DNA of 64,000 nt from Botryllus schlosseri (taxonomy: Eukaryota): NCBI GenBank assembly GCA_051294905.1, contig CM119372.1, positions 29,452,001-29,516,000 of the forward strand, written 5' to 3'. Each line of letters starts with the position of its first letter. Within the stretch, counting starts at the first letter, position 1. A program made the translations under genes and the position numbers. The notes beneath the pieces were generated by a model that worked only from the letters and a program-made list of their open reading frames with translations, searched no databases and was not told the DNA's origin. Of the stretch, positions 25,407 to 37,685 are shown piece by piece.

Positions 25407-27249
25407 ACTCGTCGTTTGCAAAATCCCGACCACAAAATGATAGTGCGTGTTTCCAAGTGTGGCCTGATGTTTGATTCGTGGCAATGGGACCATGATTAGC
25501 TCCGTAAATTTCGTAAAATTATCATTTTTGCAAAAAAACTGACGAAAACACATTAAGTCACGGCTCACCTGCGAACCGCTCACGGCCCCCCAGTTGCGGA
25601 TCTTTGTTATCGAGAAATTAAGATTTCCGCACTCTTAGCGAAAAAAGTCTGTGCATTTCCAACTGTGTACCACCCCTGATATACGGGTGTGAATATAGAG
25701 TACACCAATGGCACAAGAAACTAGACCCTACGTCAAACTTGTACCATGGTATGAATCGAGCAAAACATTTTAACCCAAATTATACGTGCACGTACGAAAG
25801 TTGGAAGGTGTGCAGGTGCACGTAGGCACGTAAGATTTGAGACCGCGATATAATTCTGAGTTATGTTTTGTTTCGTGTACCACCATTTTCGGTCCTTTGA
25901 GTGTGAATACATTCTTCTCGCTAAGTATGCACCATGGAGTCACATTTTCATGTCAGAATGCGCCATTGTGGCATCTGTTTGACAAATTAATCGCGTCGAG
26001 CCCTTGACACACCATCCGATATTGTTACGTGCCGACACTGGGCAATCCATATCCGTCCGCAATATTTTAAACAAAATTACCCATTTCTTCTATCGGTCCT
26101 ATAAGTTTGGATATATATACATTTAAATAATGTCCTCACAACGATATATATAGAGCTTTATCACAGCCCCAAACTAAATTTCTAAGGTGTTTTCCGTCAC
26201 TCGGGTATTTTGCAGCAAGACAAATCGTCGTGTCGTTTCTGCTGATTCGATAACTTTGGGGTTTAGTAGCATCCCGGAAGTCAAATCACCGTGAATGTGC
26301 AAGCGAACATGAACCGACGTCCTTTGTTTCGCTGTTCTTGGCATCTTTGAGATGCATTTTGTAATAACAAATATGTGACATCGTATGTAAAATCAGCAAA
26401 TATATTGTTCACGTAGAATAAGTTCAGTGTTTTGCATTTTGAGAATACGCGATTTAATACATCTTTGTTACTTATAGGCTTATCTTGAGATTTGTGAAAT
26501 TTTAAATCCGATGAGTTGTCGCGAGTGTTGATAAGCATTCAAGGCGTCAATAGAATCTGTTTGAGACCCGCTGCTAAGTGACACTGTTGTTAGGTCATCT
26601 GGTGCGTGCCCTTCGATAGTGATGTATAAACATTAGTGTTCATGAGATGTATTTTTAGATTCTTTGAAACGCGGTATAGAACAACATAATGAATGGGTAT
26701 CGGTGGTATGCTAAATGGGAATCGCCATACGGCAGATTGTCTTGTCAATTGTCATGTCAAGATTGGCGACTTATCCGCTACATTCCCCGTTCTAACAAAA
26801 CAAGCTATACATAACCCCCTATTTAGGTCGTGACAATAATTGACTACTCCGGAAAATCATACAAATACTTCGTCATTAGCCACTTTTGCGATTTGGCTAC
26901 ACTACTCACAAACTTTTTCTTCAAAATGCAGATAGTATTGATTTCGTATTCCCATTTATATAGCTGCTTACACTTTCAATTTAGTAGAAACTTATGTGCT
27001 TCCTTCTACTTGTAGGTGTGTACCTACTTTAGTCAAGTTTGATTAGTCATACACGAATCTGTTTTCCGTAGTTGTCTTCGTTACCGACGAATGTAAACCA
27101 GATTAACGTTGGTACACTCAAATGACAGTGAGTCTGAAACTGAGGGAAATTCATTGCGAAATAGGAATGTGTCATTTGGCTTCCAACTCAATTTCTGTAT
27201 ACTGCTAATCCCTTGTTCATTTTTATAGACCAGGGGTCGGCAATCGTCC

Positions 27250-27545
27250 GATTTCACGAAGGCGATTAAGAAGTGCAGTATAGTTAGTAATGGTCTTGGG
27301 AGTGGCTATAAAATCCACTGGCACTGCTATTGTCTCATCGTACACAAGCTCCACCGAAGTCGACCCAACGCCCGCTTCTGGGGCAGTCCAGGTAAGACCC
27401 ACGGAAGTTCCTCTATCCTCCCTGAATATGTGCAACGAGTACGCAAGGTAGCCTTCATGGAACGGTGGCAACCTTCCACCAATTCGTTGGCTTGGTGATG
27501 ATAAGATGTGGTCCCGTGATGTTTGATGCCGAGGGGTTCACACAG
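27250..27545 (-). pseudogene. Ty3/Gypsy integrase fragment (frameshifted)
   Basis: LGIKHHGTTSYHHQANELVEGCHRSMKATLR...EELPWVLPGL and, in another frame, TAPEAGVGSTSVELVYDETIAVPVDF match the TTAYHPQANGLVER.HR..K..L...LP.VLLG.RTA......S.AELVYG..L..PG.F pattern of Gypsy integrases. Confidence 0.85.
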
Positions 27546-27728
27546 GACCGTAACTGCCGCACCCCAAAACCCCCAATTGGGGGGGGGAGGTCGAAGGGGG
27601 CCCAAAATTATTTCGTGAATTAGCATAAATTATAGAGTATTTTTTGAAAATTCATGCAACTTTTGAAAAAAATTTCGCGCTAGGTGCGATTTCAATCTGC
27701 CGAATATCTTGATTTTAGGGTACTCTTC

Positions 27729-29332
27729 AGTAGTTAGTATGATCGCTCGTGAGGTGCGTGGGGTTCTTATGGGTGCGGCCGCATGCTAACGCGAAACTCG
27801 TGGTCGCATACTAACGTTTTCAGGTATAGTCTCCGGTCGCATGATAGCGTTACGGAGATAGGGATCGGTCGCATGCTAACGTTTTCGGGTATAGGCTGCG
27901 GTGACATGCTAACGTGAAAACTCGTGGTGGCATGCTAATGTTTTTAGGTATACGTGTGGCGACATGTTAACGTATCAGTTATAGGGCGGGGTGATGAAGT
28001 TGTGTTTCGGCGGCATGCTAACATTTGAACCGTGGCCATCGTCGACACGGTAAATAGTCACGTGATTGATCCTTACTTAATGTATATATCCCAAATTATT
28101 ATATATGACCGATTCGACGTAGTCCCAACGTTTACGGTGAGTGCGACAATTAAATATATCAATTCAATATATCGTTATTCTTATGGACGCGGCGATGACT
28201 CGTACTTTCGGGTGTAGCCCGCGGCGGCATGTTAACGTAGCTGATATAGACGCGGCGACATGATAACGTTACAGGTATAGGGATCGCTTATACGGTTCTA
28301 CATGAAGACGTCATAGCTCAGCCGTGAGAAATGACCGATATCGCATTCTTTATTCTAACTCCAAGTCTTTTCGCCCTCCCTATTGATTCCTGCGTAACCT
28401 GAATAGTACGCCGAGATTCAGCCTGGATTATTCGCACGTTCCATACCGCTGTTTCGCACCTACAGAATAGTCTGCTGTTCACAACCGCGACAAGAATCAC
28501 AAGTACACGCATATATGCATTCATTGTATTTATTACTCTGAAATCAAACTCTTCACAAAAGCACGAACAATCGTATCATTACCTTTTTCATCATCACCAA
28601 AATAATTCAAGTATTCCTTGGCTGAAAATCCTTGAGCTCGTTTTATCAAGAATGTTATAGCATGATCTCCACAGACACCCGAAATTTTACTCTGTAACTG
28701 TTTCCCAGTCACGGAAAATTCGGAAAATTGATCCGACTCAAGGAATTCGATTATCTGGGGTTTTAGTGGTCCGAAACCTAGTGAACCATGAAAATGAGTA
28801 TCCCCATCTCTGAATCTAGACACCCAGCGAGGCCCCGGTCAAGTTCGACTCGTCGTAACTTTCAACTACGTTCTCGGGTTATTCGTACGTTCCACGCCGC
28901 TGTTTTCACACTTATAGAATCAATACCAACTATCTCCGCGCGTCAAGAATACCCAGAGAATATTTAATCACTTTATTAATTTATCAACTTCAAATCAAAC
29001 TCTTAACAAAAACACACATCTTATCATTTGCTAACTCCAGCATCACCAAAAAAAAATCAGGCGTCGGAATCCATTCATGGGATCTACTACAGGTAAACTG
29101 AGATAATCCAACATGAAATATTTTGACTTTGACATAGTCTCAATTGAAATAGATTGACAAATATGACTACCAACTTTCAACCCAGTCATATTTAGAGATT
29201 ATACGCATATTGATTTGAAACAAGTAATGAAACCTTACAACTCTATTCACGACTGAGTTTTCCGTTTGTCAAATAGAGTTTCAGTAAATATTATCACTAT
29301 GGCATCTCGATATTTTAATGTGTTACTACACA
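27729..29332 (+). mobile_element. E3: left end of a third Polinton-family element (truncated or interrupted)
   Basis: Starts AGTAGTTAGTATGATCGCTCGTGA with the same terminal scaffold; 28050-28495 is highly similar to E1 15480-15905 and later parts to 16800-17290. No matching right end in the window. Confidence 0.85.
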
Positions 29333-30019
29333 AGTAGTAAGGGTACCTGGATTATACGCCCGCCAATCCCCGCCCCTGAGGCTATTTATGTTCGTTGCTC
29401 ACCACCAGATTATCGCGATGCGTATTTAGCACCATGTATCAGATATTCTAATGTTTTGTGAATTTCAATACCGATTTTCCATGTGTATTTAGCAATATGT
29501 ATTGAATAACTTGCTTCCGAGAAATGAATAACATTCATTATACGTTAGATGATTAAATTCCGAGACTTTATAATAACTTGATAATAACTTGCTTCCGAGA
29601 AATAAACAACATTCACTATACAAATTCGCTAGATATTCTATTATGTGTATTTAGGACTATATATTTTCGCGGATAGTATGAGCTCTCAGATAACACTCAT
29701 CAACGTTGAACTATGCGCAGTTTTATGGCGACATATTCAAATTCTACATATATTTCGCGCAATCAATTTATGTGTATTTAAGACTATATATGATACACAA
29801 GACCTCTGTAAATATTGAGAAATGGCATCATCACTAATTAATTAATGTTCATTTATATCGAAAAAAGAGCATAATAGGCCTATATCAGTAATAGCGTTAA
29901 CGTCACAAACGCATCCAGCACGACCTGACGGCGTGAAACAACGCTTTCGCTCGATTCTTGGAGTCAGCACATTTCATACGATTCAGTCCTTTTCATGTCA
30001 CTAGAATAAGGGTAAATAA

Positions 30020-30984
30020 TAGGGATGGTGTGAACGTGAGGTTCACGTTCGCGTTCTGTGTGTGAATCTCAGAAATTTAGAGGTTCACGTTCACAAACGA
30101 ACCTTGGTAGGTTCTGCACTGTGAACCTTTTTCGTATATTGCAGTTTTCACGTCATTATAACATCTTTGGTTGAAATTGATTGCATTTCAACTGCGGGGC
30201 ATTCTATGCATGGCGCATGCAGTAATAAAAAAAATCAGCACTAAAGGAGCGTGCAGTTTGACAATCTAAAAAGTTTTACTTGCTTTGTTACAAAAGTTTG
30301 CTGTAAATATCATTTTGTGAATATTTAGTGACTCTCTGCTGTGAGCTTCTCGCGCAATGAAAATCATCAAGAGCGAAATACACTACATGCAGTTATGTAT
30401 AGGCTTATTCAACCAATCGATGGAATTGGTATCGTTGTCTGATGTAAAAAATCTAGCAGGTATTCGGGGTCAATCTTTATTTCATATGTTTACCGTATCA
30501 TAAAACAGTATCCCTGCGATTGGGGTGTTGGCTACTGCTGTATAACTTGTTAATTGGGTGATATCGGTAGCAAGTATAGAAACCCGTTTTACAATCTGTC
30601 CAATATCAACGTCGCAATACTCAGTCGCCGAATACATTGTCCGGTCTGGCCTAGACCGTTACGGCGCAAGCTTATATTCCCTTGCAAGCCCTCGTCGAAA
30701 TTGTTGGCGAAGCGTCTGAAGATATTGATTTTATGGGATTATTATATCATTTTATTGCCTCAATTGATGCATTTTGTGACGTTGAAAACGACAATATGTA
30801 CTTCAGCATTGTGGGATTATGTGGCCCGAGACGTCGCCAAGCATCATGTACATTGATATAGGCTATCACTTCACGGAAATGTAGTGTTGGAATTAGCAAT
30901 ATGACGTTCGCGTTCACACAGAACCTTTCAAAAAGGTTCGTGTTCACACGAACCTGAACCTTTCATAGGTTCACACCATCCCTA
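30020..30984. mobile_element. hAT-type MITE (965 bp)
   Basis: TIR TAGGGATGGTGTGAAC...GTTCACACCATCCCTA; 8-bp TSD GTAAATAA. Confidence 0.92.
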
Positions 30985-32666
30985 GTAAATAAACCGACAG
31001 TGAAACGCCGCCGGCGTCTTATAACGTAATAATGTAAGCTTCGTCGGGTGCTGCTATAATGTTAGGAGCGAATATAGTAGAAAGTCCACGTCTGGACACC
31101 TGTAAGCTGGTGCGTATACTACCGTTGTAAAACGCATAACGGAATTCACGTAAAAGTCGATATTGCTTTGTGATGATTTTGATGTTGTTCCATACCGATT
31201 GGGAAGATAGCACTCCTAATTTCCTAACTAACTACATAATCCCTAGTAACGTAGTCAGACGCATAACGGAATTTACGCAAAATCAATATTGCTCTGCGAT
31301 AATTTTGATCACTATATGTTTTGATAATAACTTGCTTCCGAGAAATAAATAACATTCATTACACGTTAGATGATACTTTTCCTTGATATTCTATTATGTG
31401 TATTTAGGGCTAATGCGACATCACTATGTTGGCGACAGGCCTGATTTGAACACAGTAATTTTGCGAATTAAACTTATCGCCCACCACTGACACTCAATGA
31501 AGAGCACCCTGGAGACCCACATGAATGCTCCACAATTCTTGACATATAATATACTGAGCATATAATAAGCTGACAAAACTTATACACTTGAGTACTCCGA
31601 AATGTACAAGTAGGCTACTTTACCTTTACACGATGTTTTTGTAAAATGAATACTAATTTCAATGAAATATAAAAATTATCTCCCCAACACGGACACTCAA
31701 TGAAGAGCACCCCGGAGCACCCACATAAAATGCTATACAATTCTTGACATAAAATATACTGATGATGATGTTAATTAACTCATGTTTTCAATAGTATAGG
31801 GCAAGCAGGCAAAATTATTCATGACATATAATAATAATTCTACTTTTACACTTTTTCACATTTTATAACACTTTTGGTAGTACTTAACAGTTTCAGCTTT
31901 AAATAAAATTCGGAATATAAACTAATCGAAAAATTCGGTGACCACCTTATGAGTGCAAGTGCGAGTTCGAAAGTGGCAAATAAGTCAGATCGCTCGAAAT
32001 AATAGTCCCAAGTTGCGTAAAGCTAATGTTCTCCCCGTAGCTGAGATCAAGGTTTGCAATTTCGCCTATGGGAATGAGGTATTAGAAAATACCAATTCGA
32101 GAGGTTATCTACTAGATTAGTGCTTAGCTTTCTCCATCGCCAATACCTGATGCTGTCGGGTAAGTTTGTGAAACTGACACCTCTCATCCAGGGCAATGAA
32201 AAAAGTACGTTCCAACATTTTATTATCACTAAATTTCTACTAAAGTACTGGAAGTGCAGATCTCCAACAAGTAAAAAAGTAAGTATTAAAGATATAGTTG
32301 GCCAGATAACTGAAAATAATAAATAAAATTAAAAAGCGTGAAATATTACATTTTATCCCGGAACGCAACAAGAAAAATCGTATGACTTTTGTAAAGTAGA
32401 TAGAAAACTATGCCTGATAACTGAAAATAATAAAAAATAAAATTAAAAAATTAAAAACGCGGAAAATTACATTTTATCCAGGAACGCAACAAGAAAAATC
32501 GTATGACTTTTGTAAAGTCGATAGAAAACTACACTATTCTGATGCACTAAAGACTTTTACACTCCTGATTTTCTATAGTATATACTAATTTTACATTGCG
32601 GGGTATTCAGTAAACTTTAATCCAGTGATCTTCCGTCTATTTTCAATCACGGTCCTCTTATTATTC

Positions 32667-33249
32667 TAGGCTTCGAACCCCGCATCCAGTACGTTTTATG
32701 GGGATAAATATTTTTAGACTAAAATACTTTTCCAATGTACTAAAGTCTTACAGAACCGATTTTGTAGAGTAGATAGAAAACTACCTTTTGAGTCGATAGC
32801 GAAGTACTTGTACATTTTGGAGTAGTCAAGTATTGGTTTTGCCTTGGTAGAAATAGACTCAATCAAGTGATTATCTATTTACAGCGCATCTACTTCTATT
32901 TCAGAGTTTTCGGTTTTTAGACAAACTATACCTTCAATGCTTACTGATTTACTCGTTCGGAAATCATCACTTCTTGCACTTTACTAAAAATTTACTGATA
33001 CTAAAATGTTAAAATGTACTTTTTTCAATGCCCTCGATGAGCAACGCCAGTTTCAACTATATCCTATCATGCATTTTCGCGCTGCAGAATGACTTATCGC
33101 AACGAAAAATAGCAAAAATACATCGAGAATCTGCAAACTCTCACTGCGAAATATTTGAGTTTCACGAATTATCCTTCAAAGTGAGCTTACATATTGGATA
33201 TTATCGAATAATTGTACATTTGGAGTACTCAAGTATAGGTTTTGCCTGC
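32667..33249 (+). repeat. Segment whose inverted copy lies at ~54770-63880, split by insertions
   Basis: 32667-32850 matches the reverse complement of 63697-63880; 32853-33175 matches 56025-56354; about 33175-33249 matches 54770-54865. More diverged inverted copies at about 33900-34428 and 54250-54770. Confidence 0.85.
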
Positions 33250-34428
33250 CGCGTTTTCAAACTATAGAATGATATAGTCTCTACAAAATGTTTTTGATAT
33301 CAAGATAACTTTTTTACATGAATGGTCACGTATCCTAATATTCAAATAACCCAATACAGACCTAGTACTTACAGAAATATCGTAGTTCTTGTAACACAGT
33401 TGTCTGTGTACAATATATGTTTAAGGTAAGTCCTACATATTTATGATTTCGTCCTAGTTTGTATTTTAGAAAATAACATACAACAATTTACTTTACTAAC
33501 AAGAAGTGTCGAGTTATCGAATGATTTTCCCTTGCGTCAAAACAAATAGTATGTGGAACTATATTTCTAACGTTTCTAACCCTTTGCACACCTGTGGTAA
33601 ATCACACAAGCAACAAGTTTCGAGTACTGAAACTTAATTTTCCAGCAGTGTGATAAACGCCATCAGATGGTACTTAACATCGCGCAATTCCGCTCGAATA
33701 CAAGTAAAAGTACAGATTTCAAAGTAAGTAAGTAAGTAAGTAAGTGAGTAACTGGTTATGTTTGTAGACTATATATCCACTTTTATCGTTCAGGGATGTT
33801 GAGCAGAGAATGACATGAATTTCGTCAAATTACTCAAGTGGGTTTTTGCCTACATGCACCAAATACTCTCAACTCCATATGATATTGGAGTGCTTCAACT
33901 TCATGATAGTTAGAGTATTAGGCAGAAATATACCTGGAGTACTAACGTTTTACTTACTCGGAAATGATTACTTCTATCTTATTTTAAAGGATTCCTCGCT
34001 CGACGCGAAATTTTATAAGGTTTTGAATGATATCCAACATATAGGCTCACTTTGAAGGGTACTTCGTAAAATTCAAAAATATTGCACAGTGAGAGTTCGC
34101 GAATTCTTGATGTATTTTTGGTATTTTTATTGCGGTAAGTCATTCTGCAGCGCGAAAATGCATCATAGGATATAGATGAAACTGACACCGCTCACCAAGG
34201 GCACTGAAAAGAAGTACATTTCAACATTTTAGTAGCAGTAACTTCCTAGTAAAGTACAAGAAGTGATGATTTCCGAGTGAGTTAAAAACTAAGTATTGAA
34301 GGTATAGTTTGCTCGAAAAACCGACAACTCTGAAATAGAAGTAGATGCAGTGCAAATAGTTAATCACTTGATTAAGTATAGCGCAAGCAGGCCAAACCTA
34401 TACTTGAGTACTCCAAAATGTACAAGTA

Positions 34429-35389
34429 GGGGAGATGTGGTACCGATGGATCACTGGGACCGAAAATACTTGAAAAATTTTCCATGATAATTCTATGATT
34501 GCACTCCGTGAATTTTTCTACAATAACATGCTGAAAGAATCTTTCCTCACATGCAAAAAAATTCGACCTGCGCGAGTTATGGGGTCTGTGACGAATGATT
34601 TACGTTTTAGGGGGTGTGAAGTAAATTTAGATCGACATTTGCATTTTTCTATATCACCTCACAGACTAACAAACCCGCCATAATTTTTAATGTGAATTAT
34701 AGGGCTTGTATCAGGGTATATGATGCCACATATTTTTTGAATCAATACCATCCTCGAGTGGACTATTTTCAAGTCAATTACAATATTTATGGGGTGGGGG
34801 ACCTATGGTACCATAGCCAAATCAAGCCAAACAGATGGGCCAACTAATCACTTAACAACAGAAACTCGCCTGCATATATATAGGCGTTAAATCATAGTTA
34901 CATGTGGTGTTTTATCCCTATTACGAGGTATTTGAAAGTCAAAATGTCGATTTGCAGGTAATATGTATGTGGCATTAATTTTGTACGTTTAGGCGTAAAT
35001 CAAAGCATGATTTTATGCCAACATTTGGGTTGATATAATCTATTTTATTCTTGAAGGTCGCAACGAAACATTCTTCATTGGCTTGCTGTAGCTTAGCTTA
35101 CAGTACACAACAAAACAAGTTAACAAATTTGAGTTTTTGAGCGTATGTCTCATAGCTCCCATGATCGTGTGCCTTTGGACCAACCGGTGGGGACCGATGA
35201 CACGTTCGAGCAACAAATTTTAAACGTTCATAAATATTTTTTGAATAATCGCATATTCATGTAAATGTCCGCGATAGTTAGAGCTTGTATCAAAGTGTTG
35301 AGACAGCAAAAGATCCGCTATTCTCGGCTGAAGATTTGAGGGCTAGAGATCATTTTGCAATTTTTGATCCATCGTGACCACATCTCCCC
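34429..35389. mobile_element. TA-target DNA transposon MITE (961 bp), intact copy
   Basis: TIR GGGGAGATGTGGT(A)C.GATGGATC; TA on both sides; the empty site TGTACAAGTACTTCGCTATCG is seen at 63733-63753. Confidence 0.88.
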
Positions 35390-35803
35390 TACTTCGCTAT
35401 CGACTCCCTCCACGTGAAAAGGGACTAGGTTTTAGAGTACTTTATCAGTACTTGACAGTGTCAGTTTTAGACAAAATTTGGAATAAAAAACTAGCTCATT
35501 CACCCATTCGGAAATTTCTTCTTTAACCTGTACTTGAGTGTAGCGAGTAAATCTCATTTATTATTAATTCTACATGTACACTTGACCATGTGTTATGACT
35601 TACATAATTACTTTTCGCTATATTTGAAGTCTGTCAAATTGCAGTATATGTTACGGTGAGCTTATATTCGTTCTGTTTGATCATCTTGACTAACGATATT
35701 CATTCGACGAGCTCTTCAGTGATAGCCCTTGGACTTGGAACAGTGTTGTTTGACATCATAACGATACCAAGTTACGACAGTTTAAAATTATATACCTTAC
35801 GAC

Positions 35804-35997
35804 CAATGTTCCCTCTAATTTTTGACGGGTCTGCGCACACTCACCAACTCACTGCGCAGACCCTTGGAAAACAGTGCGCAACGACTAAAAAAAAGGTCAT
35901 CACTTCAGATTTTTTGTGCGCAACTTGGATCTTCTGTGCGCAGAGACCGTGAAAGTACTGCGCATTTGCGCACGTGCGCAGCTTAGAGGGAACATTG
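35804..35997. mobile_element. hAT-type MITE (194 bp)
   Basis: TIR CAATGTTCCCTCTAA...TTAGAGGGAACATTG; 8-bp TSD CTTACGAC. Confidence 0.92.
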
Positions 35998-36845
35998 CTT
36001 ACGACACCAAATTTCGTTACTTCATCTCCACCTTCAAATATCGTGATATACAAATATTGTGTATACGGGACAAATACATATATGGCTATGTTGTTGCAAT
36101 CTTCAAAAAAGTACATCCCTCAGTAACCAATTTCTCGTAGGCTATGCATACAAATGAGGACAGTTACATCAACGAGAGGTAACTTGTTGTATTATGTAGC
36201 TAGTAATTAGTGCAAGTGAGTCCGCAACTACTGTTCAAGGCCTTTTCCTCGTTTTTACCAAGCATCCTCGTAAGGATAGACAGCCCCAATCAGCTAATGT
36301 AAGTGTGTACTGTGTATGTATGTATGAGGGGTCTTATGCCGCTTGACGAATGAAGTTGATCGTCTATTCTTTTCTGAAATAATCAAGTTAGTGGTTTTTA
36401 ACACGACCTCACCTCGTAGAAACTTCAGTAGAATAACTTATAACCCCTCACGTTTACTCAAGTAAATCTAATTTGATAATCAAGTACTGAATCTTGATTT
36501 TCCAACGAGTTCAAATTTAGCTCTAACTTATGAGATTAAATATAATAACTTTTCATGTTGCAGTGTAATTTACAGCATGAGCCAAGTGATTTCATAATTA
36601 ACACAAAATAAATAAATGAATTACTAGAGTAATATAAGATATTCGTGTCATCCTCCTTCGTATATCATAAAATAATACCTAGGGGAGATGTGGTACCGAT
36701 GGATCACTGGGACCGAAAATACTTGGAAAATTCTCCATGGTAATCCCATGATTACACTCCGTGAATTTTCCTACAAATACATGCTGACAGAATCTTTCCT
36801 CACATGCAAAAAAAATCGACCTGCGTGAGTTATGGGGTCTGTGAC

Positions 36846-37685
36846 AGTAGTTATATAGATCGCTCGTGATTTGCCTGGGGCTCTTATGGGCCCGCTCGCA
36901 CGCGGCTGGGAAACTCGTATTGGCACGCGGCTCCTTATGTCTTATGGGCCCGCTCGCACGCGGCTATTGCGTCTTATGACCCCTCTCACACGGTAACTCT
37001 TTTCAGTATAGCGATCGCTCGCACGCGGCTGGGAAACTCGTGTTGGCATGCGGCTCTTATGTTTTATGGGTGCGTTGGCATGCGGCTATTGCGTATTATG
37101 GCGGGGGTGGCAAGCGGCTCTTATGTCTTATGGCGGCGGTCGCAAGCGGCTGGGAAACTGGGGGTGGCAAGCGGCTCTTTTGTCTTATGGCGGCGGCGGC
37201 ATGCGGCTATTGTGTCTTGTGGTCGCACGGTAACCCTTTTCAGCATAGGGATAGCTCGCACGCGGCTTCGTTGTTGGCATGTCGTACTTCGTGTTGAATA
37301 TGTATCAAGTAAATAGTCATGTGATTGGTCCTTAGGTAATGTGTATATTCCAAATTACGGCGAGTACGACAATGATATATCGTTATTCTTATGGACGCGG
37401 CGATGATTCGTACTTTCAGGCATCTCTCGCGCGGTGTTGAATATGTACGAGTCACCAACAATAACCGCGCGGACGGAAACGTGGTTTGTTGTGAGGATTA
37501 AGCAGTGCGTGCGACCTATATTTCGAATGACCTGTGCGCTGAATTATTTCTCGTCCAGCCGCTACTATCGATTATTACACTATTCCATTCAGTGCGAAAT
37601 AGTTTGCTAAATCTAGGAATCAGTCGCATGGTGTTACTTTAGTAATTAGCTTACCATAGAGCCGGCGTAGCCGGTGATTCGAATA
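36846..37685 (+). repeat. E4 left terminal inverted repeat
   Basis: Reverse complement of about 52598-53437; identical mirrored ORF-track entries 37040..37297(+) and 52986..53243(-). Confidence 0.95.

Noticed and set aside
37040..37461. Cys/Gly-rich ORFs duplicated at 52822-53243
   Set aside because: Translations of the repetitive TIR in several frames; duplicated only because they lie in the TIRs.
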